DNA from: Takakia lepidozioides
Taxonomy: Eukaryota > Plantae > Bryophyta
Reading direction: 5' to 3'
Assembly (NCBI GenBank): GCA_030704615.1
Contig: CM060733.1
Span: 55,056,001-55,120,000, forward strand
DNA length: 64,000 bases
Within the stretch, counting starts at the first letter, position 1; every line of letters begins with the position of its first letter. The notes beneath the pieces were generated by a model, which was given only the letters and a program-made list of their open reading frames with translations, searched no databases and was not told where the DNA came from. Shown piece after piece: positions 13,501 to 24,143 of this stretch. The translations under genes were made by a program, and so were the position numbers.

Positions 13501-14199
13501 AGCATAGGCTCGCTACTATGGCTACAACTCAGGTGGTACCGGCTCCAAGGCCAGATGGTCCACCTCCTGCTCTTGAGGGAGGAGATATGGGAGGCATGGA
13601 ATTCATGTGCGGAGCAGCACTACCACTAGTGCAGGTGGAGTCTGCTGCAGCCGTGACTCGAGGAGCAGCACAAGTTCCTGAGCCACGAGGTGCAGAGGTG
13701 GAGTTGGATCCACAGCGTGGGGAGGCAAGCCGTCAGGCTAGGCTTCCTCAGTCATTCACATTGGCGGAGACAGTGTCGACGCCATCCATGGCACCTAGTT
13801 TTTGCCCGACTGTTACCGAGGCGGAGGTTACTATGCCATTGGGGAGAGCTACACGGGTAGCACCACTACCTAGGGTTGCCAAGGCTACGGCAGCTAGTGT
13901 GCTGCTAGGAGCGGCCACATCTGTGTGCCAGGCTCCATTGTTCTCGGGTACCATGATTGCGATGCCGGGGGTAAGACCAGCTGAGGTGTTCAGGCTGGCA
14001 GCTACACTTTGTGAGAGTGGGGAGGTTACTTCATCTTCTGCGGAGATAATGGGAGGTGTAGTGCCGGAGGGATCCTCGGATTTGAGGGTCAAGACTGCCA
14101 CGGTGGCGCCATGGCAAGCTGCAGCTGCCAGGTTGATGGAGCTGCCAGCTAGGCCAGCCATTGAGCGCGCCATGGTTACACCTAGAGTTGTCATGATAG

Positions 14200-14482
14200 A
14201 CAACCAGGATGGCATTTTCTGTTTGAGTGGACCGGCAGGCAAGACGTACCAGCCACTGCGGATCTTGTTGGACTCGGGAGCTCAGCCATTGATACTGGGC
14301 AAAGCTGCTATTACAGGCTTGGGCATCACGGAGGCGGATATGGAGCCTTGTCATTTCCAGATACAGACGTCTCTGGGAGGATCGAAGCAAGCTCGGGGCA
14401 TGACACGGCGTGAGTTGGCTATCAGACTACGGCCGGATCACTCTACAGATGGCTCAGTGATGCGAGCCAAGGCCATTGTGAG
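14200..14482 (+). pseudogene. Aspartic protease of family B (C-terminally truncated)
   Basis: ILLDSGAQPLILG, with DSG at 14271. Confidence 0.85.
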
Positions 14483-15130
14483 AGGTCGGGTCTGTTTTGG
14501 GAGATGGTGCGGGTTTTGCGCCACTTGCAGCTTCATCAAGCTGTATCTCCAGCATACATCTTGGAAAATGTGCCACTGATGAGCGATTCTCGGGCCAGGG
14601 TGATGGCCAGTGTGCATGAAGTCCGGTCGTGGCTTGGGTCAGCAGTGTTGCTAGATGCAGCTACAGTGGGGTCACGGGCTCATCGTCCACGGCTATGGTG
14701 GACTAACTTGATGCCACCCGCACTGCTCAAGCGTGCATTTGATGGGGTGCAGCAGCCAACACATCTCACAGTGGGTAGCATTCTGGACACAGGGAGGCAG
14801 TCTCAATGTGTGAGACACGATGACCATTCGCCTTTGGCAGTGGTCAACAAGGTGGGTCAACCACGAGCAGCATTACCTACACTGCTCAGCTTCCTAGGAT
14901 CGCATGCTTTTCGGGATAGTGGACCTGGCCTCCTGTGGGATGCTCAGTTGCAGCAGTTAGTGGAGCCTAATGCTGACGAGCGTGAGCGGGCAATGGGTTT
15001 TACCACTGGTACCACGGCGGTGTCGTCTCTTTCTGAGGCATCATGTCGTCAGGTGTTGGGGCAAGCAATGGATCTCAATTGCTTGACCTGGATTATCAGC
15101 TTGGCTATGGCTGAGCAACGCAGAGTGCAG
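14483..15130 (+). pseudogene. DNMT3-like C5 cytosine methyltransferase domain, motifs V-X (motifs I-IV absent)
   Basis: RSGLFWEMVRVL (V), YILENV (VI, 14564), DAATVGSRAHRPRLWWTNL (VII-VIII), ERERAMGF..GTT (IX), RQVLGQAMD (X). Order and wording parallel DNMT3 (FENV, AHRARYFWGNL, ERVFGF, RLLGRSW). Confidence 0.88.
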
Positions 15131-15519
15131 AGTACACTTCCCTCGATGGTCTCTCTGCCTACCGAGACGGTACAGGTAGTGAGTGGGGGCGAGCATGTGA
15201 GGACCACGGGGTGTAGGCATCCATGGCACACGTGGGAGGTGCTCGAGGTTCAGAGGGAGTTGGCAACCAAGGTGGCGGTGATAGATGAGGTTGGGGATTT
15301 TTCTCGGGTGGAGGGAGTCCTTGAGGATGAGATGATGGGGCAGGATGAGGCCTTGTCACTGACTGAGCAGGTAGGGAGTACTGCTCAAGAGGTTGCAACA
15401 TAGCAACCACTAGACGCGTCCTCTACCTCTAAGCCCACTGGACTTAAGGTTGCAGTTACGGAGGACAATTGGGAGCCTGACATTGGACCCATTGTCACCG
15501 GAGGAGAGAGACAACGTAT

Positions 15520-18300
15520 ACGGCGGTTCCTGAGGGCTTACAGGAACTGCTTTGCCTTCAGTTTGAAGGACTTGGGAGCACTGAAGGGTCAAGAGATCCG
15601 TATTGAGTTGGCCACTGACACGCCAATCTTTCGGAGACCCTATAGATACAGTGACATGGAGAGGTCTTTGATTCAGATGAGAACTCAAGATCTCTGGGAG
15701 GCAGGTTTGGTGGAGCTCTCTGGTGGAGAGTATGCTTCAGCCACAGTGATGCCAGCCAAGAAGGATGTCTATGGCAATTGGACGGAGAGACGTATGTGCG
15801 GTGATTACCGGCCTATAAATCGTCAGACCAAGTCCGATAAGTATGCCATGCCAACACCAGAGGAGATCTTTGATGCCATCGGGCATGCTAAGGTCTTTAG
15901 CACTTTGGATTTACGATCCGGATATCACCAGTTGCCAATCAAGGAGGCGGACAAGCAGAAGACGGCATTCTGGGGGATCAATGAGCACGGCAAGGATTGC
16001 CTATATCAGTGGCGGTTCTTACCATTTGGGCTTAAGAATGCTCCTGCAGAGTTTCAGAGAGTCATGGATAGGATTCTAGCAGGGGTGGACTTTGCTCGGT
16101 GCTACATAGATGACATCATCATCTTTAGTGTTACGGTGGAGGAGCATGAGAGACACCTTCAGGTGGTATTGGAGCACTTGAGAGCGCACGGATTGAAGTT
16201 GCATCCGGGGAAGTGCAAGTTTTTCCACAATCAGATTGAGTATCTGGGTCACATGATATATCCTGGAGGATTGGGGGTACAGCAGACTAAGGTAAATTCC
16301 ACGCCCCACCGATGTGAGCCGAGTTTGAGCTTTCATGGGGTTGGCAAACTATTATAGACGGTTTGTCAAGGGATTTAGTGCCACTGCAAAGGCTCTAACC
16401 AAGCTGACCAAGGTAGACCAGGAGTGGTAGTGGGAAGATGAGCAGGAACGAGCTTTTCAAGAGCTCAAGTCGAGGTTGACCTCGGTGCCTATCCTGAGAC
16501 AACCTATCAGGGGGTGTCCCTTTCAGCTGCATACGGATTGGAGCATGCTGGGGCTTGGAGCGGTGCTCACACAGGTGGATGATGAGGGAAGAGAGTTCGT
16601 AGTGGCTTATGCTAGCCGCTCTAATTACAGCTCATATGAGGGAGAGTGCTTAGCTGCAGTGTGGGCCATGGCACACTTCAGGTGCTATCTATACGGCAAT
16701 CTTTTCACCCTTGTCATGGATCACCAGCCACTCAAGTGGTTGATGGAGTCAGACAAGCTTACGGGGAAGCTTACGGGGAAGCTTGCACGGTGGGCACTCA
16801 TACTCCAGGAGTATGACTTTCAGGTTGTGCATCGACCGGGTTTGGTCAATCGGGATGCGGATGGATTGAGTCGCAATCCATGCACGAGCCAGCAGGATGA
16901 CACTGGAGCTCGGTGGCATGGTGAGACGGACGAGGAGATGGTGTCGGGATGGCACGCATCTGCATTTTTGTGTATCTTGGCATCGGGAGGTCAGGTTGGA
17001 CCTACAACAAGGATGACTGTAGACGGAGTGTCTGAGGACCCTAAGGCTAGTGTTGAGCCAGGTGGTGCCAGAGATATACATGAGGATTCGGCTGTGTTGG
17101 ACTACTTCCGCACGGGAGACACGGCAGCCACTGCGACTGCCAGGGAGAGGGATTGGATCCTGCAACGAGCCAAGAGGTTCAAGTGGGAGGGGATACACCT
17201 ACTTCGAGTGTGGGAGGATGGTCGGGTGAGGATTGTGCCTCACCCCACACAGCGTGCATGGTTAGTGCGGCATGCCCATGAGGAGTTGGGGCATTTTGGA
17301 ATGCGACGCACTCACAGTTTACTGCAGGGGCAGTATTGGTGGCGTGGTATGCATACAGAGGTGCAACAGTTTGTGGCTAGGTGCATGGTGTGTGACAGGG
17401 TGCGTGCTTCATTCAACGCCCCTACACCACAGTTGCATCCTTTACCAATCATGGGATTGGGCTACAGGTGGAGTCTTGACTTTGCAAGACCGTTGCCACT
17501 GACTATGCACCACCACAGATACGTGTTGGTGATGGTGGAGCACTTCTCCAAGTGGATTGAGTTGGTTCCATTGCCTGACAAGGCTAGTGAGGGGGTTGAG
17601 TATGCATTCTTGGATCGTGTGCTTAGCCGAATTGGTGCTCCAGCTGAGGTACTCACGGACCAAGGGAGATAGTTCTTGGGGGAGTTTCAGGCTTTGTGTG
17701 ATAAAGCCTTGATAGACCACCGCACCACTTCTCGGGATCATCCTGAGGCCGATGGCTTGATAGAGAGAGAGTTGTTCAGACGGTGAAGAGGGGTTTGTGC
17801 AAGTATGGCTTGCAGAAGGGACACCTAGGAGATTGGGATCTTCAGGTTCCTTGGTTAGCCATGGGCTACAGGTTCAGCAAACAAGCATCACTTGCCTCCT
17901 TCTCACCATATTTCCTTCTCTTTGGCCGAGAGCCGGATTTGCTTGCAGCCATTCTTAGGGACACTGCTCAAGTCCTTAACCTTGACGATCCGGACGTGTG
18001 GGTACATGCATGTGATCAGCGTGCAGAGTTGTTCAAGAAAGTCATGCCCATGGCTTTTGAGAACTTTGCCATTGCACAACACTGTGATACGTTGTATGCC
18101 ACTATACGTGGTGGAGGATATCGTCATGGGGTTCGGAGGTTTAGCCCTGGTGACTATGTTTATTTGCAGTAGACTGCTCCTATGACTCTGGATGTTACTG
18201 CAGGGCGTGTTATTCTGAGGGTTCAAGAGGTGTTGCCCTCAGGGGTCCTGATCTTGGAGGGTCAGGACGGCATGACTTGGAAGGACCATGTGCGTAATTG
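15520..18300 (+). pseudogene. Family B RT, RNase H and integrase
   Basis: LDLRSGYHQ, PFGLKNAP, YIDDII; HTDWSMLGLGAVL, DADGLSR; HEELGHFG..CMVC, SLDF, LTDQG. Several stops and frameshifts. Confidence 0.95.
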
Positions 18301-18373
18301 TGCACCATGTCACCTTCCCAATGTCGATGGCAGAGTTGACCCAAACTTGGCAGTGGTACCTGCAGGTTTGAGG

Positions 18374-18517
18374 TGCATGCTCTGTGGGTTTGCCAAAGGG
18401 GCAGCCACCATGCTGGTGTGTAATCGATGCTCAAGGGGTTGGCATATGGGATGCTTGACACCACCTCTTGAGAAGGTTCCTGATGGAGATTGGTTGTGTC
18501 CACACTGCTTGGGATAG
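18374..18517 (+). CDS. PHD finger (C4HC3) at the integrase C-terminus
   Basis: CMLC..MLVCNRCSRGWHMGCLTPPLEKVPDGDWLCPHC has all 8 zinc ligands and the conserved Trp. Confidence 0.93.
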   Translation, partial: CMLCGFAKGAATMLVCNRCSRGWHMGCLTPPLEKVPDGDWLCPHCLG

Positions 18518-18777
18518 TGGCAGTGGACATGACTGGAGGCAGCTAACAAGACATGGGAGGCCAAGCTCATAGGAGTCAATACATGAGATCCCAAGCTCAA
18601 GTTCACAGGTTGCAAGATGGCGACTAACGATGGGGCAACTCTTGCACCCGGCCTCTTGATCTATAAAGTTTGAGTGTAGTAGGGATAGTGGTGGAGGACT
18701 TAGTGAGGCTATGGTCACTATCACATCTTGTGGCTACCTGGACTTAGAGGGACCTAAGCACCAGCTAGGGGGGCGAT

Positions 18778-19472
18778 TGTGTGGACTAGTGACTGCCATA
18801 GTGGGCAGCATAGTGGCAGCCTAGTGACTGACTAGTTGTAGCCTAGTGGTTGGACTAGTGGTTGGACTAGTGGTGGACTAGTGATATACTAGTGTGTGGC
18901 GTGCACATGTGTTGTGTGGTTTTGGACAGCGATGTAGTTGTGTAGCGATATGTATGCGCACGACAGCTGTCAAGTTATTTTACCACTAGTGTGAAATTAA
19001 CTAGGAAATAGCTAGCTTTTACATATTGACATTCGGGATTGGCCCAAGTGTCAATCCAGGGGTCAAGGCAGATTTAGGCCCTGGAGTGGTTATCTTCACG
19101 GCAAGCGCGGGAGGCTCATCTTTCTCGAGTTGAGCCTCACCGCGCCTAGCTATGGCGCCGTAGTGTGGATTCCCCATGGCGTGGGGTGCACTTGGCTTGA
19201 CTTGTATTTGAGTGATGAGTTTATATATGCATGAGCTATGCTTAAGCTTTGTGAGCTCGCATGAGCTTGTGCTTGTATTCCTCTTCTTTATCCATTGTGT
19301 GGACTAGTAACTGCCATAGTGGGCAGTATAGTGACAGCCTAGTGACTGACTAGTTGTAGCCTAATGGTTGGACTAGCGGCTGGACTAGTGCTATACTAGT
19401 GTGTGGCGTGCACATGTGTTGTGTGGTTTTGGACAGCGATGTAGTTGTGTAGCGATATGTATACGCACGACA
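18778..19472 (+). repeat. Tandem 3' LTRs of family B (deleted copy 18778-18965; longer copy 18968-19472)
   Basis: 18778-18965 duplicates 19296-19472; both end GCACGACA. Confidence 0.85.
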
Positions 19473-19710
19473 AACACTTTGGCGAGGGCTTTCTTACCTT
19501 TAGGATTGAGATCAGGAACAGGTGGTGGTGCAATTGCAGCAACAACATCTAAGGGGCCATGTTGTATGCCTATGGCCTCTAGTCCAAAGCCAACTTGCCC
19601 TCTTGTATTTCAGCAATGGGTAAGGCAGTGATGCGAGCCAGGACCTGCCCTTTCTTAATTGTCACAGGGAAGCGCTCAGGGTTAGCAATTAGAATCTTGA
19701 CTTCTTGCCA
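19473..19710 (-). mobile_element. Old Gypsy pol segment (protease-RT linker)
   Basis: Minus-strand translation EVKILIANPERFPVTIKKGQVLARI...PDLNPKGKKALAKV is typical of the pre-RT linker. Confidence 0.5.
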
Positions 19711-20218
19711 CTAGAAGCATTCGTATCTTTTCCGAATCGACTGCATGTCCGCGACCACTCCGGGAACCACTTGGTAGTAAGCGGGACTACTGGAGAGTCG
19801 AAACAGACAATGTGGGCCCACGGGGGCATTTCGGACAACGGACAGAAGTGGGGTCAACGACTCCGGAGTCGTAGCAGAATTCCGGACTATTTAACGAATT
19901 GCGTAAATACATAAAATTTGAAAAAGCCAAAATTACAAGTGGTTGTAATTACTACACATGCGACTACAAATTTTTGGCAGCACATTTGCTGACGTGGCTT
20001 TAACAAAAAGATGTAAACAAAATGTGGCCTTGGGGGAATAGATATTTTAATACGTGTTGTCTCCACCTGGCAGAGACAGGAATGCAAGTGTTGCGTCGGA
20101 CATGGCGGGACGTGGGAATGCGAATCCTGACACGACAAGGCCTTCGTATACTGTGAGCGCGCGTAGTGGCTTCTCAGAAGGGTGTGACATCGGGGTCTTG
20201 GTCATTCAACATTTACAG

Positions 20219-21610
20219 AATGCGCTGGATGGAGGCACGATGGAGCGCGCATACGGGCATGCCCTTCTGGCATCAATTCCCAAGTATCCACGCAAGGTGA
20301 GGATGCTGAATTGGGTTTTTGCCCGTCTAGTTTTCTGACAGCATGCTTGAAACGTTCATAGTGCCATTGAGTGGCCTTGCAATAATTTGATTTGTAGCTG
20401 CTTTTCCATTTCACAAGTTATGAAGAAGGCGTCACAAAAGAAGATCGCAAAGACGTCAAGGCTGAAGGATATGCCCTTTGGTTGTGAACTACAATCATAT
20501 CATGCCAAACCCCATTTTCCCCACGCAGATGAGGGAGACATTCTGCATTTGCGAGTAGTGGGACTTAATTCCTTGCTTTAGCTTGAAGGCAGTTGTGACA
20601 CCAGAGAAACTGGAAACTACCTCCAAGAAAGTTGAAACTCGCAAGATAGTCATGTATTCGTCTCATTATCTCCAAACTGGGATTCCGAGTTATCAGCCGA
20701 CCCTTTACATGTGCGCTGGATGGAGTATAATTTTGGTTTAGGCATTTCCTACCACCAGACGTTCGCTTCTCCAATTTTTACATTTAAGGATGTGTCTGTG
20801 TTTATGGCACTCTTTCTCCCAATGAGGCCTGAGTACCCCCTGTACTTGCAAGAATTTGATGTGTAGCTGCTTTTCCCTTTCATAAGTTATGAAGAAGCAG
20901 TCACAGAAGAAGATCGCAAAGAGGTCAAGGCTGAAGGCGTTCATTAATGGTTAGGATTCTAAAATCATATCATGCCAAACCAGCTTTTCCTGACGCAGAT
21001 GGTGTCATGAGACATTTTGCGATTTGCGCGTAGGTGGACTTAATTTTGATGTTGACTTGAAGGCAGTTGTGACCCCAGAGAAACTGGAAACTACCTCCAA
21101 GAAAGTTGAAACTCGCAAGATAGTCGTATATCAATCTCGTCATCTCCAGCGATTCCGAGTTATCATCTGACCCTTTGGATTCGGACTGCATGGAGTATAA
21201 TTCTGGGTTAGGCATTTCTTGCCACCACACGTTGGCTTCTCAAATTTTTGCATTTAAGGAGGTCTCTGTGTTTATGGCACTCTTTCTCCCAAGGAGGCCT
21301 GAGTACCCCTTTTACTTTCCCGCAATTTGATGTGTAGCTGCTTTTCCATTTCACAGGTTTTCGAGAAGGCGTCACAGAAAAAGATCGCAAAGAGGTCAAG
21401 ACTAAAGGCGTTCATTAAGGTTGTGAACTACAACCATGTCATGCCAAACCAGCTTTTCCCGTCGCTGATGGTCTCATGAGACATTCTGCATATGGGAGTA
21501 GGTGGACTTAATTTGGATGTTGACTTGAAGGCAGTTGTGACACCAGAGAAACTGGAACCTACCACCAAAAAAGTTGAAACTTGCCAGATAGTCATGTATT
21601 CGTCTCGTTT
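20219..21610 (+). pseudogene. RPL27: 60S ribosomal protein L27 fragments, later exons tandemly triplicated (about 470-bp unit)
   Basis: Exon 20219-20296 DGGTMERAYGHALLASIPKYPRK|gtgag. KKIAKRSRLKAFIKVVNYNHVMP at 21357 (copies at 20418 and 20887). LDVDLKAVVTPEKLETTSKKVETRK near 20580, 21050 and 21515. Confidence 0.88.
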
Positions 21611-21649
21611 TCTCCAAACTGTGATTTTCAGTTATCATCCAACCCTGTA

Positions 21650-22930
21650 TGCATGATTTGTGCAGAGGCATGCCTAGATGAAGGAGTAGGGATACAGTGT
21701 GGGTCCAGATTCTTCCAACAGAGCCGGCCTTCAAGCTCCATATTACCTTTGATTCTCTGTTGGTTTTAGCTACAAGAAACCTGCATGGGTACATGTTCAA
21801 CTGGAATCTGCAGCAGCTGCGGCACAATTGAGCAAAATCAGGCGCTGCTAATGAAGGCACTTCCTTCGAGACCCAATTCACCATGTTTTTCCCTCTTGTC
21901 AGATCCTGCCCTAAATTTTATGGTTCAATTCTGCAAGTTAGCTGGTTGAGTGAACCTTTGATGGTTTGGAGTGACTTTGACATGATGCTTCCAATGAGTC
22001 AACAGGAAAGTATCCAGAAACAGGTGACACATACGAGGCAAAGCGGTGGAATGAACACTTTTGTGACCCTGGCAGTCAATAGTGGGACAATCAAGGCAAA
22101 TGGTGTATGCCTGTTGGATTGCAGAGAGTACCAGATGCAAGACAGCATAAGAACTAGTGTGATAAGTTGTGTTAGGTGTTTCCTAAAACAAATCTAGGCT
22201 ACCATTATCAGCTACAAGGCAAGGATGTACGCATCTTTTCTGCAGAGGCAGTGATACCTGAAGGAGCAGGGATGGAGTGTGGGTCCACATTCATCCAAGA
22301 GGGCCAGATTTCAAGCACAAGATTACCTATGATTCCCTGTGGATCAATAGCGGCAACAAACCTGCATGGGTAGATGGTCAAGTGGAAGCGCAACAGCAAC
22401 CGGCTCATATCTGGAAATCAGGCACTGCTAATGAAGGCACCGCGTTCAACACATTTCAGGCGCTTTTCCCCTCTTATCAAAATTGGCCCTAAAATTTCAT
22501 GTTCAATTCTGCAAGTTTGCTACTTCAGTTAATCTTTGACAGTTTGGAGTGACTTTGAAGTGATGATGCCAATGTCACAACAGGAAAGTGAGGGGAAACA
22601 GGTAACACAGACGTCGTCAAAGCTGTGGAATGACTTCTTTTCTGACCCTGGCAGGCAACGGTGGGTCAACCGAGGCCAAAGGGTAAATGCACGTTGAAAT
22701 ACAGAGAGTAGCACATATCCATTGAGCGTAGGAATAGTGTGATGAGTCTGAATTGGGTTTTTCCTAGAACAAATGAAGGCAGTCATTGTCAGCTGCTAGC
22801 ACCAAGGCAAGCATGTATGCATGATTTCTGCAGAGCATGGATAGCGAAGGTGCAGAGATAGAGTTTGGATCCAGATTCATCCAAGAAATGTACTGGGAAT
22901 GCAGATTTCAATATGATGGCGTGCTGCATC
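21650..22930 (+). repeat. Diverged tandem repeat of about 585 bp (2 full copies plus 1 partial) containing an exon-like segment
   Basis: tgcagag..gaaggag.agggat..gtgtgggtcca.att recurs at 21661, 22241 and 22829. Conserved frame RSRDxVWxxIxP..FK..ITxDSL. Confidence 0.75.
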
Positions 22931-24143
22931 GCGACATAAACTTGCATTTGACATTCAGGGTTAGGATTCATGCAATTTGGTGCTGGTCAGCCCTGCACAA
23001 TTCCTCTCCATGCGAATCATCTCTGCTTCCACAGTCTGGTTTCCAACGCTCACTGTTCTCTCTGACTGTGTGACAGCTGCAGCCTCATTGTCGGTCTGCT
23101 CTTGTGTTGCAGTCTCCGCGTTCACCTGCTGCCGTGGCCCTGTGTTCTCCATCAAACGATGCCTCGTCATTTTTTCTCTTGCTCTGAGTCTCTCTCTAAT
23201 TAAGGGAAATAAAATAAAGTGACTTCCTTCTCTTTCGTATCATAGAAGGAACCCTCTCCAGCTTGACTACCTCTCTCCCTCTAAGTGCGGAAACTAGAAA
23301 GCCAAAGTGACTCTCGATTTCTTGCGGAGTTGCTTGCGTTGGGGATTGTCTCTAGAAGCATCGGATTCCCTCTCGCATGACCATTACACAAATGTCATTC
23401 CCTTATTAGTGCACCTGCCAGCCATTAGTGGACAGCTGTTCGTCTGCAATGTAGTTATCGATGTCTGACGTGTGTCGCCCAAAATGAACGGCGTGTCGTT
23501 TATTTGAACGGTTTCAATAATTGAAAATAACAGCGACATATATTATAGATGAATATAACATTGCATATAAACAATTAGCTGGTCTAACTGCTCAGCCTCA
23601 GACAATGCCTATGCCATCAGAACCGTGGCACCGTGGAATAAAAATATGGGGCCATCTGGCGCACAATCTCAGACAAATAAATGTAAATGAACGAGTGTTT
23701 GATGACAAATTTTTGGATATCATACACATTCATCCTTGTAAGCCAACCCCACGTTCATTTCACAATTTGGACTTTCCAGGTGCGCATGATCAATTGATAT
23801 TGTTATGAAGATGCATTTACTTCATCTGCTATCCCACCCTCAGATCCTTTGGCACACTTCCAAGAAGTCAGCTGGTTATTATGTTTATTGATGAGGTTCT
23901 GAATAAAGGTTTAACAGCTACCGAAATTGCTCCTAGGGATACTCTGTCTACAGGGCCCACAAAAAAAGTAATTAAAATGGACGGCTGCAAGTCTGGAAGG
24001 AATAACAGAATGTGCACAATCATCGTGTGAGCTTTTTCCGCGATATTCTCTGCTCATTCTTCAATAGTGTTCTGGAGACCTCAGTCAACAGATTTCACTG
24101 AAGAGCTGCGATAGCAAGGCATCTTCGTACAAGAGGATGCAAG

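Larger units (their letters stand above)
9234..19472 (+). mobile_element. Gypsy family B element: gag-PR-(DNMT3-like MTase remnant)-RT-RH-IN-PHD, decayed
   Basis: All domains are collinear on the + strand. 9234-9410 is nearly identical to 19117-19293 (LTR). PPT AGGGGGGCGA at 18767-18776. Confidence 0.9.

Noticed and set aside
14483-15130. Bacterial restriction-modification MTase or host DRM gene
   Set aside because: It is embedded in pol order with DNMT3-like wording; motif X is C-terminal rather than permuted as in DRM; there is no prokaryotic context.
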